In this document: piece after piece, positions 49,946 to 62,529 of the stretch | Numbering within the stretch: position 1 is the stretch's first letter | How the letters are laid out: every line of letters starts with the position of its first letter | Source of the DNA: Epiperipatus broadwayi | Taxonomy: Eukaryota; Animalia; Onychophora | Direction: 5' to 3' | Length of the DNA: 64,000 nucleotides | Assembly (NCBI GenBank): GCA_028023455.1 | Contig: JAQFVV010000009.1 | Location: 1,674,001 to 1,738,000, forward strand | Program-made: the position numbers and the translations under genes | The notes under the pieces: generated by a model | Databases searched by the model: none | The model's input: only the letters and a program-made list of their open reading frames with translations | What the model was told of the DNA's origin: nothing

Positions 49946-52900
49946 AATATCAATATACATCACATATTGATCCTTTAGTCTATTTATTTAATATTTTACT
50001 ATACTATGTTTTAATTTTTAAAGCATACCCTCTCCCATTAAAATGTTAAGATGTTGCCTAATTATACTCTTTATATTTTACACTCAACAATATCTTCTAA
50101 ATGAAAGCTGTCAACAATAACATTGTTGTAATCTTTAGAATGCAAATAGAATCTGCCTGTCTTCTGAAAACCTGTTCAATCCAATAAAGATATATTCTTA
50201 TAATTATAGATTTAATATTATATCTTCATATTCAGAAATCTGAAAAACATAACAGCCTTGATTAGTCTTATGATCTTGCCATCATATTTTCAGAATCATG
50301 AGTGTTAATTCAGTGATAAAAGTGATAGCTTCAAAGTTCATGAATCACCACTTTATTTTTGCCATTTGCAATACTCAAACTTGATATGAATTTGCTGTAT
50401 CCCGAGAGAATTATTACATTAATACCAGTCAAAAGAGCATTAGTAAATTTTAAACAAATTTAAGTATAACTTTATGGTAACAAAATAAATAAATTTATTT
50501 AATATCTTATAACAGATAGGAAAAGAATAAAGAGTAGAAAATAATAAGAAATTTCATTAGAAATCTCTTCAGTCTATTAATAAGCTTCTGCATATATGTG
50601 TCAATTTCTACACATACTAAATAGTTAAATATATTCTATTGCAGTGCATCTTAGTTTGAAGAAAGTTCTTCAGACATTCATTTGGGTATAACTGCAATAT
50701 ATAAGATACCTTGACAACAGATTGAGATTGATGATTATTAGTGAAATTGGGATTGTTTAACTGTTGAGTGATTTTACTATGTATATATAAATGTTTGAAA
50801 CAGTAACCATAAACTTCGGCAGTTATATTGCCATTATGCAGACAATCAGATGTTATTGTAATCTGTGACTCATACATTGTTATGCTTCCTAACCCTTCAT
50901 TATACTTTGTACAAGATTCCATGATTGACATAAACAGATTTTCTAGATTAATTTAATAATAATGAGATAATTTATTCTTGTACTGTATGTTACATAGTAA
51001 AACAATATGCATAAACATTCCAGAACTCCCAAGCAATAAACCATTTGATTAATTTTTAAATTTGGCAATAAAGCATCCCTATATATAACTAATTTAATTG
51101 TATTTTTTTGTTAAATACTGCACATTGTTTTACATGTTGAATTTCAAGCCTGCTTTCCTAACTTAAAAAGCTTTTAAGATATTTATACTGGTAAAACATT
51201 CTCAAGATGATAATCATTCAAATGAAAGATGCTTAAGATATTTCTGTCATTACTTATTAATAAAATAACTAAATTATTTTAATATTAATTAGTAAACCAA
51301 ATTATAGATTGCATTCAAAATAATAATAACATTTAGTAGATCATCCTTTCAATTGTGAAGAATAATAAAATTATTTTGTAAATTTAGGAGCACAACAAAA
51401 AGATGTTCTTATTCTTATTTTTAATCTTTAAATTAAAAATGCCATCATTAAATCTATTTTGCATATTGATGATTGCCTTCATAAAACTGTCCATAAATTA
51501 ATAGAAAACAAAATTGTAGATCGTTCACATCCATATATAACATTAGTATTTATTTCAGAAGCTTCAAATTTTCTATCAGCAGTAATAAAACTTTCTCATA
51601 TTCCATAATGTAGATGATGTATAATAAAAACAAACTTCAAAGGTCAATCAGCTAATTTCAAAGAATACCATAAATGACTTTCAAGTGAAATGAGTCAAAT
51701 ACTTTGACCTAATTAAGAAAAGCAATATATCTGAATCTTATTTATGATATATATATATTTCATTTCTCTGCCAACTAAAACCATATTTATAATGCTTCTT
51801 GTTTTTTAACATCACAATAAATCTCTGGTAGTCACATCTGTTATCAATAAAATCCATATATAGTACACTTGTTATAATGGATAATAAATAATATCCTACA
51901 AAGATTACTACAGATTTTGCTTTCTCCTTTATTTTATATCAACTGAATTAATAAAAACATCTTTAAGATCAAATGGACAACTTCAAGTTCATATATTCAT
52001 TAAAAAATATGCACTTTTGAAGACATTTATAAACTTTTTTTGAAATTCCATTAATATTTTTAGCCATTTTATTCTTAAAATTATAAAGATCTATTTTAAC
52101 TTCATCAAACTGAATATCTTTATGCACATTAAAATAACTCCATAGAATAGGCAAATCATTTGTTATGCAGTTGATAAAAATAATTCGTATTTCTTTTAGG
52201 AGGGTCATCTACTGATTAACGAAGTGGATTATGATATAATTTTTAGATCATATTATATGACTTATTATATGTTAAAAGACATCCAAAGTAAATGATTTGT
52301 TTCTTTCCAATTCTAATTCACCAAAGTAACCATAGTTAATAACTGACTTTAGTTCCTTCGTAAATTTAATTAACAATCACTCTTAAATCTTAGTTTAGTT
52401 GCCAAACATTTGTCTTTAAATCCTTATATTGCTTATGAAGCTTTGCATTTTTTTCAATATTTTTTCAGTAGAGAAATGAACATGTTTTTACCAATCAGAT
52501 TATTAATGGTCTTACTGTCAGAACCAATATGGATTTTCATTTTAATATAAACCGAAAAATCATTGACTAGTTTGAAAATTTATATTAGCATTCTTAGTGT
52601 TTAACAGATGTTAAAATTTGGCACAAGTAGCAATTAGTTTAAAAATGAAACATCAGATTTTTTTAATATTTATATTGCCATCATTTTTATCTTATCTGAA
52701 TTCATTATAACTTTCTTTACATTTCTTGTTTTTTTTTTTTTTTATGGATTGATATACCTATATAGTACCATTACATCTTCATTAATTACTTTTTACAATA
52801 CAATCAAGTAAAATTTATTCCTTTTTATTCGCTTACAGTTTCGAATGACCAGTAATTTTCATTAAAACTACATTATTCAAATATATATGATCATGTATAA

Positions 52901-53034
52901 TAATTATATGATTTTATAAGATATTATATATAATACAGTATATTATGGATTTTAAAGAATACAAATATTTTAATGAACCCAGTAATTATATATTCTTTAT
53001 ACATTTTAAATAGTTTATAAATATTATTCTTTCA

Positions 53035-54940
53035 TTTCATTCTTATTTTTGTTTGATTTCTTTTGGATAAACTGTTTTGTTTTTAATATATATATTATTC
53101 TTCATTTATATAATTTTTAAATCTTTAATAATTTAATTTGTTTTTATCATTTTAATTCTATTATAGTTTAATCATACATTAATTAATTATAATATAATTG
53201 TACATTTCTTTTTTCGAAATTTGTAATTATTTTTATATAATCTTACCTCCTTCCAACTCTTAATTTTTTACTGAAACAATTTTTGAATTGTGTTATATTT
53301 TTAGATTAACTCCTTTTATAAACAGTTTTAAAAATAAACAAAGTTTTATTTTACTTTTTAATCTATATATATACTTATTTAATTAATAAATAATATTTTT
53401 GTAAAAATATTTTCAAAACCACATCTTTATTTAAAGTTAGTCTAATACTTTAAACATGATAATTTCCTTAATTTTTATATATCTTCTATTATTGGTATAA
53501 TTAACCATTTTTATACCAAATTAGCCATCCAATTATTGATTAATAAATAGGTATTTAGATATTCTAAGCAGGAAGAAATTTAATAAAAAAAAATTTGATT
53601 AGTGATATAAATATCTTTATTATTCCTCTAGGCAGATGTTGATATGGTCTATAATAAGCTATATACTTTTATTTTAATCTCCTACTCATTAAATATTTAT
53701 AAGAACATCAGATTAAGAGGAAATCTTGAATACATAAGATCTACTATATATATCTTTTTCTTATTCTCTCTTACTTATTAAATATTTATTAAGTGATTTC
53801 TTTACTCTATATAACATCAGATTAACAAGAAATTTGATCATAAAAGATCCACAGAAACAATCATCAAAGAAAGGGATATAAACCACACTTTAAAAATTTC
53901 ATTCAAAGGCACACATACTTTATAAATTCTAATAATAGGTATTAAAAACGTATCACAAACATATTCATTCTCTCCTTCCAAATGGCTAACTATAAGTTTA
54001 TAATTAGGAATTTGTAATGAATTTTGATGCTTCTAATCCACACTTTTTTTTTTCAAAATAAATAATGATCTCTTTCAAATTACAATATATATATAAATTT
54101 AAAATTAAATTTTGAAATAGTTTACAATAGTTCTCTCTCAAAACTCTATAGATGGCAGAGAATTATTAGACAAGAACTTTCTAAAAAAACAAAAGTTATA
54201 AGATAGAGAGCAGTGAAAATCCTATTCTAACTAACTAATAAAGATTGTAATAACTACTGCAAGTGGTCATTATTAACATTAAGCTTCTATTCATAGTATA
54301 CTGGTTGGTTCATAACACAATGGATTTGATCATTATAATGAATTCAGATTATATCTATATAATACCATTTACACTTTCATTAATCATTTTTTACAATGCA
54401 ATTAAATAAATTTTATTCCTTTATGGTTCAACTTACCAGCAGTTCTTGTCAGAGCTACAATGTCCATATATATATATATGATTGTACAATTAATAAATAT
54501 TTATACATATGTAATTATATAATACATATTATATACAATATCCCTACATTTTGAATTTAAAAAAATATAAACATTTTATTCTTATTTTTGTTTGATTTCT
54601 TTGCATAAACTGTTTTATATTTTAAATATATATATACATATATTATTTTACATTTATTTGACTTTTCAATCTTATAATAATTTAATTTGTTTTTATCACT
54701 TTAATTATAATATAATTAGACATTTTTATTTTTTCAAAATTTGTAATTGTTTTTATATAATCTTACCTCCTCCCAATTCTTAACAGCTTTTAAAACTTTT
54801 ATTTTATCTTTTAATCTATACATATTTATTTAATTAATAAAGAATATTTTCATAAAAGTGTTTTCAAACCTAAATCTTTATTTCCAATTTTTCTAATACA
54901 TTTAATTATAATATCTTCTCTAATTTTTATATATCTTATT
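53035..54940. repeat. Two diverged ~400-450-bp direct copies (53035-53480 and 54575-54940) in extremely AT-rich decayed DNA
   Basis: Shared TTATTTTTGTTTGATTTCTTT.GATAAACTGTTTT and TATATAATCTTACCTCCT.CCAA.TCTTAA anchors. Confidence 0.75.
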
Positions 54941-55399
54941 GTTACTATGATTAATCCTTTTTATGCTATCTTTTACAAATTTATGCCCTGCCTCATGTAA
55001 ATAACATTAAATATGTGATTTTTTATATTTGTGTTTGGTTAATCAAGTTTTAATTGGATTCTTTCTTTTACCTACATAATTATTTCTGATATTGTTAGCT
55101 AGATATGTTTTACATTTAATTTTATGTACTCTGTTTATATAATTTTCAATATATTTATTGGCTAATATATTATGTATATTCTTTCTTTTTTTTATTTATT
55201 ATTTTAAATTTTATTACACTGTTAAATTTTTTATCAGTCTTATTTATAATTTTTTTTTTTATAATATTGTTATATGTTTTATATCTATATATAAATCATT
55301 ATTTTTAAGTTCCATAATTATTAACTCTACTTGCTTTCTATAATCTTTCTTATTTGAGTAATGATTTATAGCAATATACAATCTTGAATTTATGTTATT

Positions 55400-55800
55400 T
55401 TATATTTTTTGTCCATATTTGAATTCCAATTAGTTATATTATTATAGATATTAGTTATATATATATATATATTTGAATGTATTACAATTCTAATCTTTAT
55501 TGCTTTCCTCAATTTATCCAATATTAATCTCAATGAATTTTCTTTATTCACTTTTTTACAATGCATTATACACTTATTTTACTATCATGTTTTCAATTGC
55601 CCCAGCAATCTTCTTCAGATCTATAATAAACATAAATATCTATACATAAACACATTTCTATATATTATATATATATTTCATATTATAAATTTTTCCTTTC
55701 AATCAACATATCTATATATCCTACATACATGTTTTTTATATTCCCTTATATATATCTAGATAAATATCCTTAATCACTGCAATCATTTTTACATTTATAT
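55400..55800 (-). mobile_element. Heavily decayed non-LTR (LINE) reverse transcriptase remnant
   Basis: Across frame breaks the minus strand gives IFI..I...REYK.KNMYVGYIDM, resembling the LINE RT motif IFTLRQI.EK.REYN..LY..FVD. Confidence 0.4.
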
Positions 55801-56314
55801 TATTTTTAATAATTAATTTTTTTATCATCTATATATATTTCATAATTTTTTATTCTATTTATTTATTTTTTATATTCATTTTTAATTCTAATATTTTTTT
55901 TTATTTTTAACGTATTCACTTTTTATTCCAACATTAACATTATATATTTAACCTATATATCCGTACTTTAATGTTATATATCTAACATTATATATTTACT
56001 ATTATATATTATTTATTTTTTCATCTTTATATATTTCCTATTTTTATTAATACCCCACATAATATTTATTCCTAATCTATATTCACAATCTTAATTCCCT
56101 TTATTTTAATTATTTTTATTATATTTTATACTCATCTTTTACTCCCAAATTAACCTAACTGTCCACTGTTTAAATTTCATATTGTAAATATGGAAAATAT
56201 TATTCTGATCACAATAGATTTTGTTTTAAAAGCACATAGAAATCTAAAAGTTTTGTGAATGAAAAAAATTTTGAAAAGAATTTTAATTATTACTTTATTC
56301 TTTTTTGGTTTTAG

Positions 56315-56431
56315 GAAATGATGTTGTGATAGTAAAAAATGGCCACCGAATGTGTGGGAGCGGAGGAGCTTTAGCTAATGCTCCTATAGTCCAAAATAAG
56401 GCTTATTTTGAAATAAAAGTTCAACAAACAG
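56315..56431 (+). CDS. SPRYD7: SPRY domain-containing protein 7, coding exon 2 (117 nt, phase 1-1)
   Basis: Acceptor TTTTAG| then (G)NDVVIVKNGHRMCGSGGALANAPIVQNKAYFEIKVQQT-G, matching recalled GTDVVIVKNGRRICGTGGCLASAPLHQNKSYFEFKIQSTG; donor G|GTATGA. In frame with exon 1. Later exons were not found in the window. Confidence 0.95.
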
Positions 56432-56992
56432 GTATGAAATTTTAATTTATAAATTATTTAGTAATCTGAATATATATAATATTTGTGTTAAAATTAATAT
56501 TTTTATGTAAAACCTTTACAAAATTACATATTATAATTTACAAAACTTAAATGATGACAGGTTAACTGAAACCTATTATCTTTATTTGCATCTTAATGTT
56601 GTGGGACTTATTAATGTCAAGGTACTAGAATAAATTTCATTAAGAAAATGCCTATTTAACTCAACCTACAAAGATCTTAGTATACATAATTTTTGAAATA
56701 TAATGAGGCATCAAAGCAATTGTTATAAAATACTCTATATCAACAGTAAATATTTTTATAATATTTGCTATTAGAACCTACTATCATTGATGATTTATGC
56801 GAACTTTTATATGACATAAATGAAATCATGATTTCTATTAATTGAACTTTGCTATAAACACAGTTTATATATAAATATTCATACAAATTTTGTTAAAATT
56901 CAGAGAGTTTATCGAGGTGATTGAGATCCACCAATTTACATTTTTTAAGATGACTAGAAATAAAGATGCTACTTTGTAGTTATATGTTAGAA

Positions 56993-59322
56993 CAAGGATG
57001 AGCAACTTCCATCTCTTGAAAGTTCTCAATCTGACCCTTGGACATTTTTAAAACATGTTAATAAAATGCCCGTGTATAAAACTCCTATAGTGCAATTATT
57101 GAATTAAGAGTTAAATAAATGAAAATATTTATTATTTTCTCAACCATACCTTTTCGTCTTTCCTATCTTTATAGTAGTTATAATTTATTCCACTAGAGAT
57201 GCTATTTTTAAACAAATTATGTATATTGTGTAGTGTATTTGGCTAATTTGGCTCTCAGAAATTTTCAAAATATGTAAATGAACTGGCTGTGTATAAAACT
57301 TCTATTTAAACATACGAGTAGAGCAAATGTTTATTATTTTTTTCAACCATATATTTTCCTATTTACAATCTTTATAATAGTTCTAGTTCATTCTACCAAA
57401 AGTGTTTATTTTTATAGTGATTTTCCCAGATGAACATTATATACTAGCAAAAGTAAATTAATTTACTTCCTTTTTTATTATTATTTTGCATTTAAGTTTT
57501 TTATTAGGATGCCTTCATCAAATAAGATAAAAAAAATTGTCATAGAAAATCACCCATTCAAAATAAATGAACCAACATATATTTTTTAATAGTATAAAAT
57601 AGTAAAGCAATATGCCTGATATATCTAGAAATTCAGTTAATAATAAGCACAATTATTTGATAGGAAATGTGAAAAGAAGCTTAATTAAACAGCAGATATG
57701 TTTTATTAAGGTATAAATGTATCAGAAAATTCTGTGAAAACAAGTTACAGTATTTATAATAAAAAAAAATTGAAAATTTGAATCATTTTTTGAAGGAGGG
57801 TTTGTAAAAGATTGCATTCTGCTATAGAATAAATCTGCCCTGAACTTAAATAAAAGAATTTGAAAATATAAGGCTAATTGAAGAATTGTCAGTAAATATG
57901 GAACAGTCATTGGTGCAAAAAATTACTTGTTTTGATTGGTATTTGTTAGCATTTGATGAAAGTAAAGATCTTACAGACATTATTCAACTATAATTTTATT
58001 AGAGGAATTGATCAGAACTTCAATAATACCAAAGAAAACAACTTGAGATAATGATAATGGGCAATGATATTTTGAATGAATTAAAAGAAGTATAATCTTG
58101 AATACCATAATTTGTCCAAAATATCCCATTGAGAATCAAGTCATTGGTTAGAAATAACAAAGGATTTTAATACATTCGAAATGATATGAGCAAAAGTGAA
58201 TTCAAGAAAAAAATTTTTCCCAGTGCATAATTTATCAATAAAATTTATGTTTTAAAATTATTAAATTGGAAAATGTAATGACTGTTGTGATTAAGTGTAT
58301 AAATGAAATTGAATTAAAATAAGCACTTGTGCCATTGAAAATTCTTAAAATTTATATATCTTGAAGCTAATTATGGGGATTTAGCATATTGAGAAGTTCC
58401 GTGAATATGTTAAAAAGATTTTTTGAAAAGAAAATCCATACCAGAACTGATTAATAAAAAATGGTAATGATTTATTTATTGTTGATATAAACCACCAATC
58501 TGAATGACCTAAATATAAAATTACAAAAAAAAAAAAAATCAATTAGTAGCAGAATTATATGGATATGTTTATGCCTTTTTTTTAAAAAAAGAAAACTTTT
58601 TCAAAAACACTTGAATAACAACAATTTCATCAATTTTCCACCATTTATCATTATTTTTAGTAATACTTATCCAAAACAAAAATACATTGATATTTTAATA
58701 AAATTGTATATTAAATTCCAAGAAAAGTTCCCTGATTTCAAAAACAAAAAAAACTTATTTTGAAATATTTTCAGACCATTTCATGATATCTAATATAAAT
58801 AAAATTCCTGAAAAATACCAGATTGAGATTATAAAATTGCAAGAGAAAACAAATTTAAAAATGAAATTTATGTAATTATCTAATATTAAATTTTTTAAAA
58901 ATTTGGGTTCTCAAGAATGTCCAAACTATTGATAAGCAAAGAAAATATTGTTACTCAGTAATACAAGTAAGTGCAAATAATTTTAAAAAAAAAATGATAT
59001 TCATAAAATCAAAGCAAAGATCTTGTATAATCAGTAAAAATTTGGAGCATACCTTGTGCTTCTTTATTATTAAAATTCGTTAACAAAAAACAAAGCAATG
59101 GCAAAAGTTATAGTAAATGTTTTATCAGATTAATATTTTTTTTGTTTTTATTGCAAATAATGATTTATGTTAATGAATTTGTGTTTATGTTATATAACAT
59201 GTAATAGTAAAAATAATTAAATAATGATATTACTTATTTTTAATTCACAATTTATGGCCCTTGTTTAACAACAAAAGAAAAGTTAAAATTGGCTTATCAG
59301 TTGAAAAGGTTGCACATTGCTA
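56993..59322 (+). mobile_element. Decayed hAT (Charlie/SPIN, GTF2IRD2-like) transposon with transposase remnant at ~57920-59060
   Basis: WYLLAFDESKDLTDIIQL*.IRGID matches the FSLALDESTD..DTAQL.IFIRG motif. Degenerate TIRs CAAGGATGAGCAAC and GGTTGCACATTGCTA; flanks loosely resemble the NTCTAGAN target. Confidence 0.7.
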
Positions 59323-59559
59323 ATCTATAGTTTAACTAAAGTAGGCAGACACAGCAAATAATTTGGCATAGCTGAATAGTCAAGGAGGGACACTAAACAA
59401 TCCTTATTTGATTATTATGAATAAGAAGACTAAATGCACAAGAGAACAGTAGGGATGTCTTAACCACAAGTAATGATTAACAAATTTGATAATAATAATC
59501 CTTCTGAATGGAGCTTTTTTTGATGAATGGAACAACAGATGACATAGCCACCCTATTAC

Positions 59560-60730
59560 CCTATGTGAGATGGAAGGCAATCGAACTGGTAAACTGACTT
59601 TGTGATTCACATTGGCCAGTAACAGGACTTAATAACTATTTCAGCCCTCAACTGTTGAAACATGTTATTCAATTCTATTTTTGCAATAGTCAGCAAGTTT
59701 AAGAGGAAAAATTTAGAGAATATGACAGGTCTTAAGAGAACTAGTGAAAGGCTGCCTCTATGATAACTTTCTGAAGTAGTGATTATTAAAACAGCTATTA
59801 TGAAAAATGGATGATGATTATACCAGACAACAACTGCTGGCTACAACTAGCCTAATATAAGAAATGCTATCAAAATGGAATTAGATTACAAGCTAATAAA
59901 CGACCATTCATATGAATTTAAAAGCACGAGTGTTTCGGAAAAGTTATTAATAAAGCCAAAAGTATTAGCAAAGATATTTGCCTTTCTTGGAGTAAATCAG
60001 GCCATTTTATCAAGGAGTGCAAGTAGAGAAGAACTGCAGATAAAGGGCATTTAGAAAAATATGCTGTTAAGACAAAGAAACATTACCTGTTACTGCTTCA
60101 AGAAACAATTAATGATGGAAATTGATAGCAGAGCTAGTGTATCCATACTTAAATATGAGGACTGGAAAAATTTGATTTCAATTGTGATAAATTTCTATCT
60201 TTGACAAAAACAATCTTTAAAAGCTAAAGATGCTAATGGAATTCAATTAAAATTATAGAGTGCAAGAGTTCTGGCAAAAATTAAGAATAAAATAAAATTT
60301 CTACAAATTTATGTAGGGAATGGTTTGGCCTTTTAGGGATCAAGATCTAATTAATAAAATTGTAGTTAAACAGGAATTGAAATAGAAATGTTCAAATTGT
60401 TTGAAGACAGCCAAATTCCATTTAAGTTTCACCAGTAGTGATTGTGCTGAATGTCAGAGAAATACTATGTTTAATTAATCTGCGAGAGGTTTCCATTGCA
60501 TCAACTCACTAAAGTGGAGAATGAATTGTCATCGTACAAAACCAAATGAATGGATGTGTATTTGTGGTATTATTGCACAGTCAATAAAAATTTGTAAGAA
60601 GACAATATCCAGTTCCAAATATTTGAGAAATTTTGGCAAAAATGGAGCAAGCTGAGTATTATGCTAAAATTGATTTGCTGTAGCTTTCATCAGATACCTG
60701 TGTCACAGAGAACAGTTGAGATCCTTACTG
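59560..60730 (+). mobile_element. Decayed Ty3/Gypsy (K02A2.6/Mag-like) gag-pol remnant, 5' part up to RT
   Basis: Fragmentary translation resembles W..PIVVV.KPNG.VRICGDY..TVN and DQYP.P.I.E.LAK.....Y.AKIDL. Confidence 0.7.
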
Positions 60731-60834
60731 ATATCACCTGAGGGGGATCAAGCCGAGTGGGATCTCCAAGCAGTAAAAGTTTTGGGGTCTTCAAACTCAA
60801 GTTAGAAAAAAAAAAAATTCAACAATGAGAGTTT

Positions 60835-61383
60835 TGTTAAAACAGGCAAAATTCATTATACATATTGCCACACACAGCAAGCTAGAGTAATCAAAGCAAA
60901 AAGAAGTGGTGGTCATGTGATGTTTATTCGCTTAAAACCAATCCTGCCTAATAGAATGGTGGTGGCTATGGTTATTAGAGAACTAGACACCAAAATGTAT
61001 GGGTACTGAACTGAGATCAGACCCATATGACTATATAAGCTGATGGGCTTGGATTGAAAACATTAAGGTGTTTTCAGTTTAAGACTCATAGTTTTGTAGT
61101 TAAGTGGAGATAAAAGGTGGTTGCTGGAGGGTTGCATTAGATCTTAAGATCTAGGTGCAGTGTTCTCAGATCCAAGGCTCCTCACTGACGAAGGCCACAA
61201 GCCAGAAACTAGTCTGGGGATATTGGATGTGTAGGCACTATATGGGGATTTTATGCACAAGCCTTCTGGCATCCATTGATTACTCTAGCTTGCTGTGTGT
61301 GGCAATACATATAGCGAGTTTTGTCTATTTTAACAACAGTTATGCTCAAGCATAAAGAAGTGGTGGTCATGTGATGTTTATTA
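60835..61383. mobile_element. Hammerhead-unit family copy: short minus arm 60835-60894, plus arm ~60894-61383 (slightly more than one 454-nt unit)
   Basis: GAAGTGGTGGTCATGTGATGTTTATT recurs at 60903 and 61357; full hammerhead inside. Confidence 0.88.
61179..61220 (+). ncRNA. Type I hammerhead ribozyme (variant core); predicted cleavage after 61214
   Basis: UCCUCA-CUGACGA-A-GGC(CACAA)GCC-A-GAAAC-UA-GUC-UGGGGA. Confidence 0.78.
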
Positions 61384-62529
61384 GTTCTCATTAAGTTATT
61401 AACAAAAAAGAAAAGTAATCAAAAATTTCATACCATAACACATTAAATTAATTTATTAAAAAACATTTTTTACATGAATTTCCATCTTGCTTTATTTCTT
61501 GCAAATTCATCAATTTGGCTTAAAATTTCCTGCTGTATATATGGAATGGCCATATTATTTAATCTTTCTTCTCCCATAGTACTTAAAACAGTCATTCTCC
61601 TGATGCATTACATAAGGGAATTATTAAAAATATATACAATAATCTTTCACCATTCATAAATATGCAAGATATTTCTTTGGCAGCTCTATATGTGTCTAGT
61701 GTGGTTTTTATGGTGCCCTCTTCTTCTTTTATAAATATTAAAAAATGATCAAATTCATCTTCAAAATTACAAACATCAATGTCATTTTTGTAAATATCCT
61801 TAAATTTTATTATCGCATTCCTTTTTTCTTCTATTGATAAATTCCAATTAAAAAATATTTGAAAAAGCTCTACAACAACTTAGACATATGATGAGTTCTT
61901 CAAGATTAATCTGCCTTGGTGTTATGACATATGACATAAAATGAATTGACTATGAAATTTTCTCTTATTGTAAATTCATGTCCGACTTTTTTTTGTAAAA
62001 TAGTTTAAAAGCTTTTAGTCTCGCAAACAATACCTACTAAAAAAAAAAATTTTTTTTATGAGATGTTAACAAAGAAAATTCATTTTTACCTGTCTCCACT
62101 CAAAATATCATTTAGAAAAAAATCCTCTGGAGATAAATCACTTCAGAAAAACAGCAAAAGTTATTTACGATAATTTTTTCAAAAGCAGAGTATTTAAATC
62201 AAATTATTATTTTGGGAGGGGTCGAATTTTTTGTGTAATTAAAAAAATATATTTACTTAATTTGGACTTATTTATGCTGTACTAATTTCATCCCCTGATG
62301 TCCAGTTAAAAGTTAGAATGTCAAAACTCAAATAAATTTCCTTCAAAAGCTTAAATAATACCGTTATAGGATTGATTATAACAAAAAAACATAATTTTCC
62401 TTGAATCCTAACGAAAAGACATTTTAAGAGCTTGGGGCCCCTTAGTATTCCGGGACCCTATGCAGCCACTTAGTCACCCTCTGTTACCCATAGAGAACTA
62501 TTTAATTGTAATACACTGCCTTATGAATT

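Larger units (their letters stand above)
60735..62490 (-). mobile_element. hAT (Tip100/ZMYM1-like) deletion derivative inserted into the Gypsy RT
   Basis: Minus strand of 61475-61690 translates IFLIIPLCNASGE..STMGEERLNNMAI...IDEFARNKARWKF (hAT C-terminal dimerisation domain). GGGGCCCC-type subterminal motifs lie near both ends; boundaries are approximate. Confidence 0.65.

Noticed and set aside
9232-57910. The many 60-100 aa ORFs in the ORF track
   Set aside because: Low-complexity F/I/L/K/N-rich translations expected by chance in AT-rich non-coding DNA, with no motifs.
60821-60834. TSD for the 61-kb hammerhead copy
   Set aside because: Only a 7-bp inverted match (AATGAGA) with the right flank; no convincing direct repeat.
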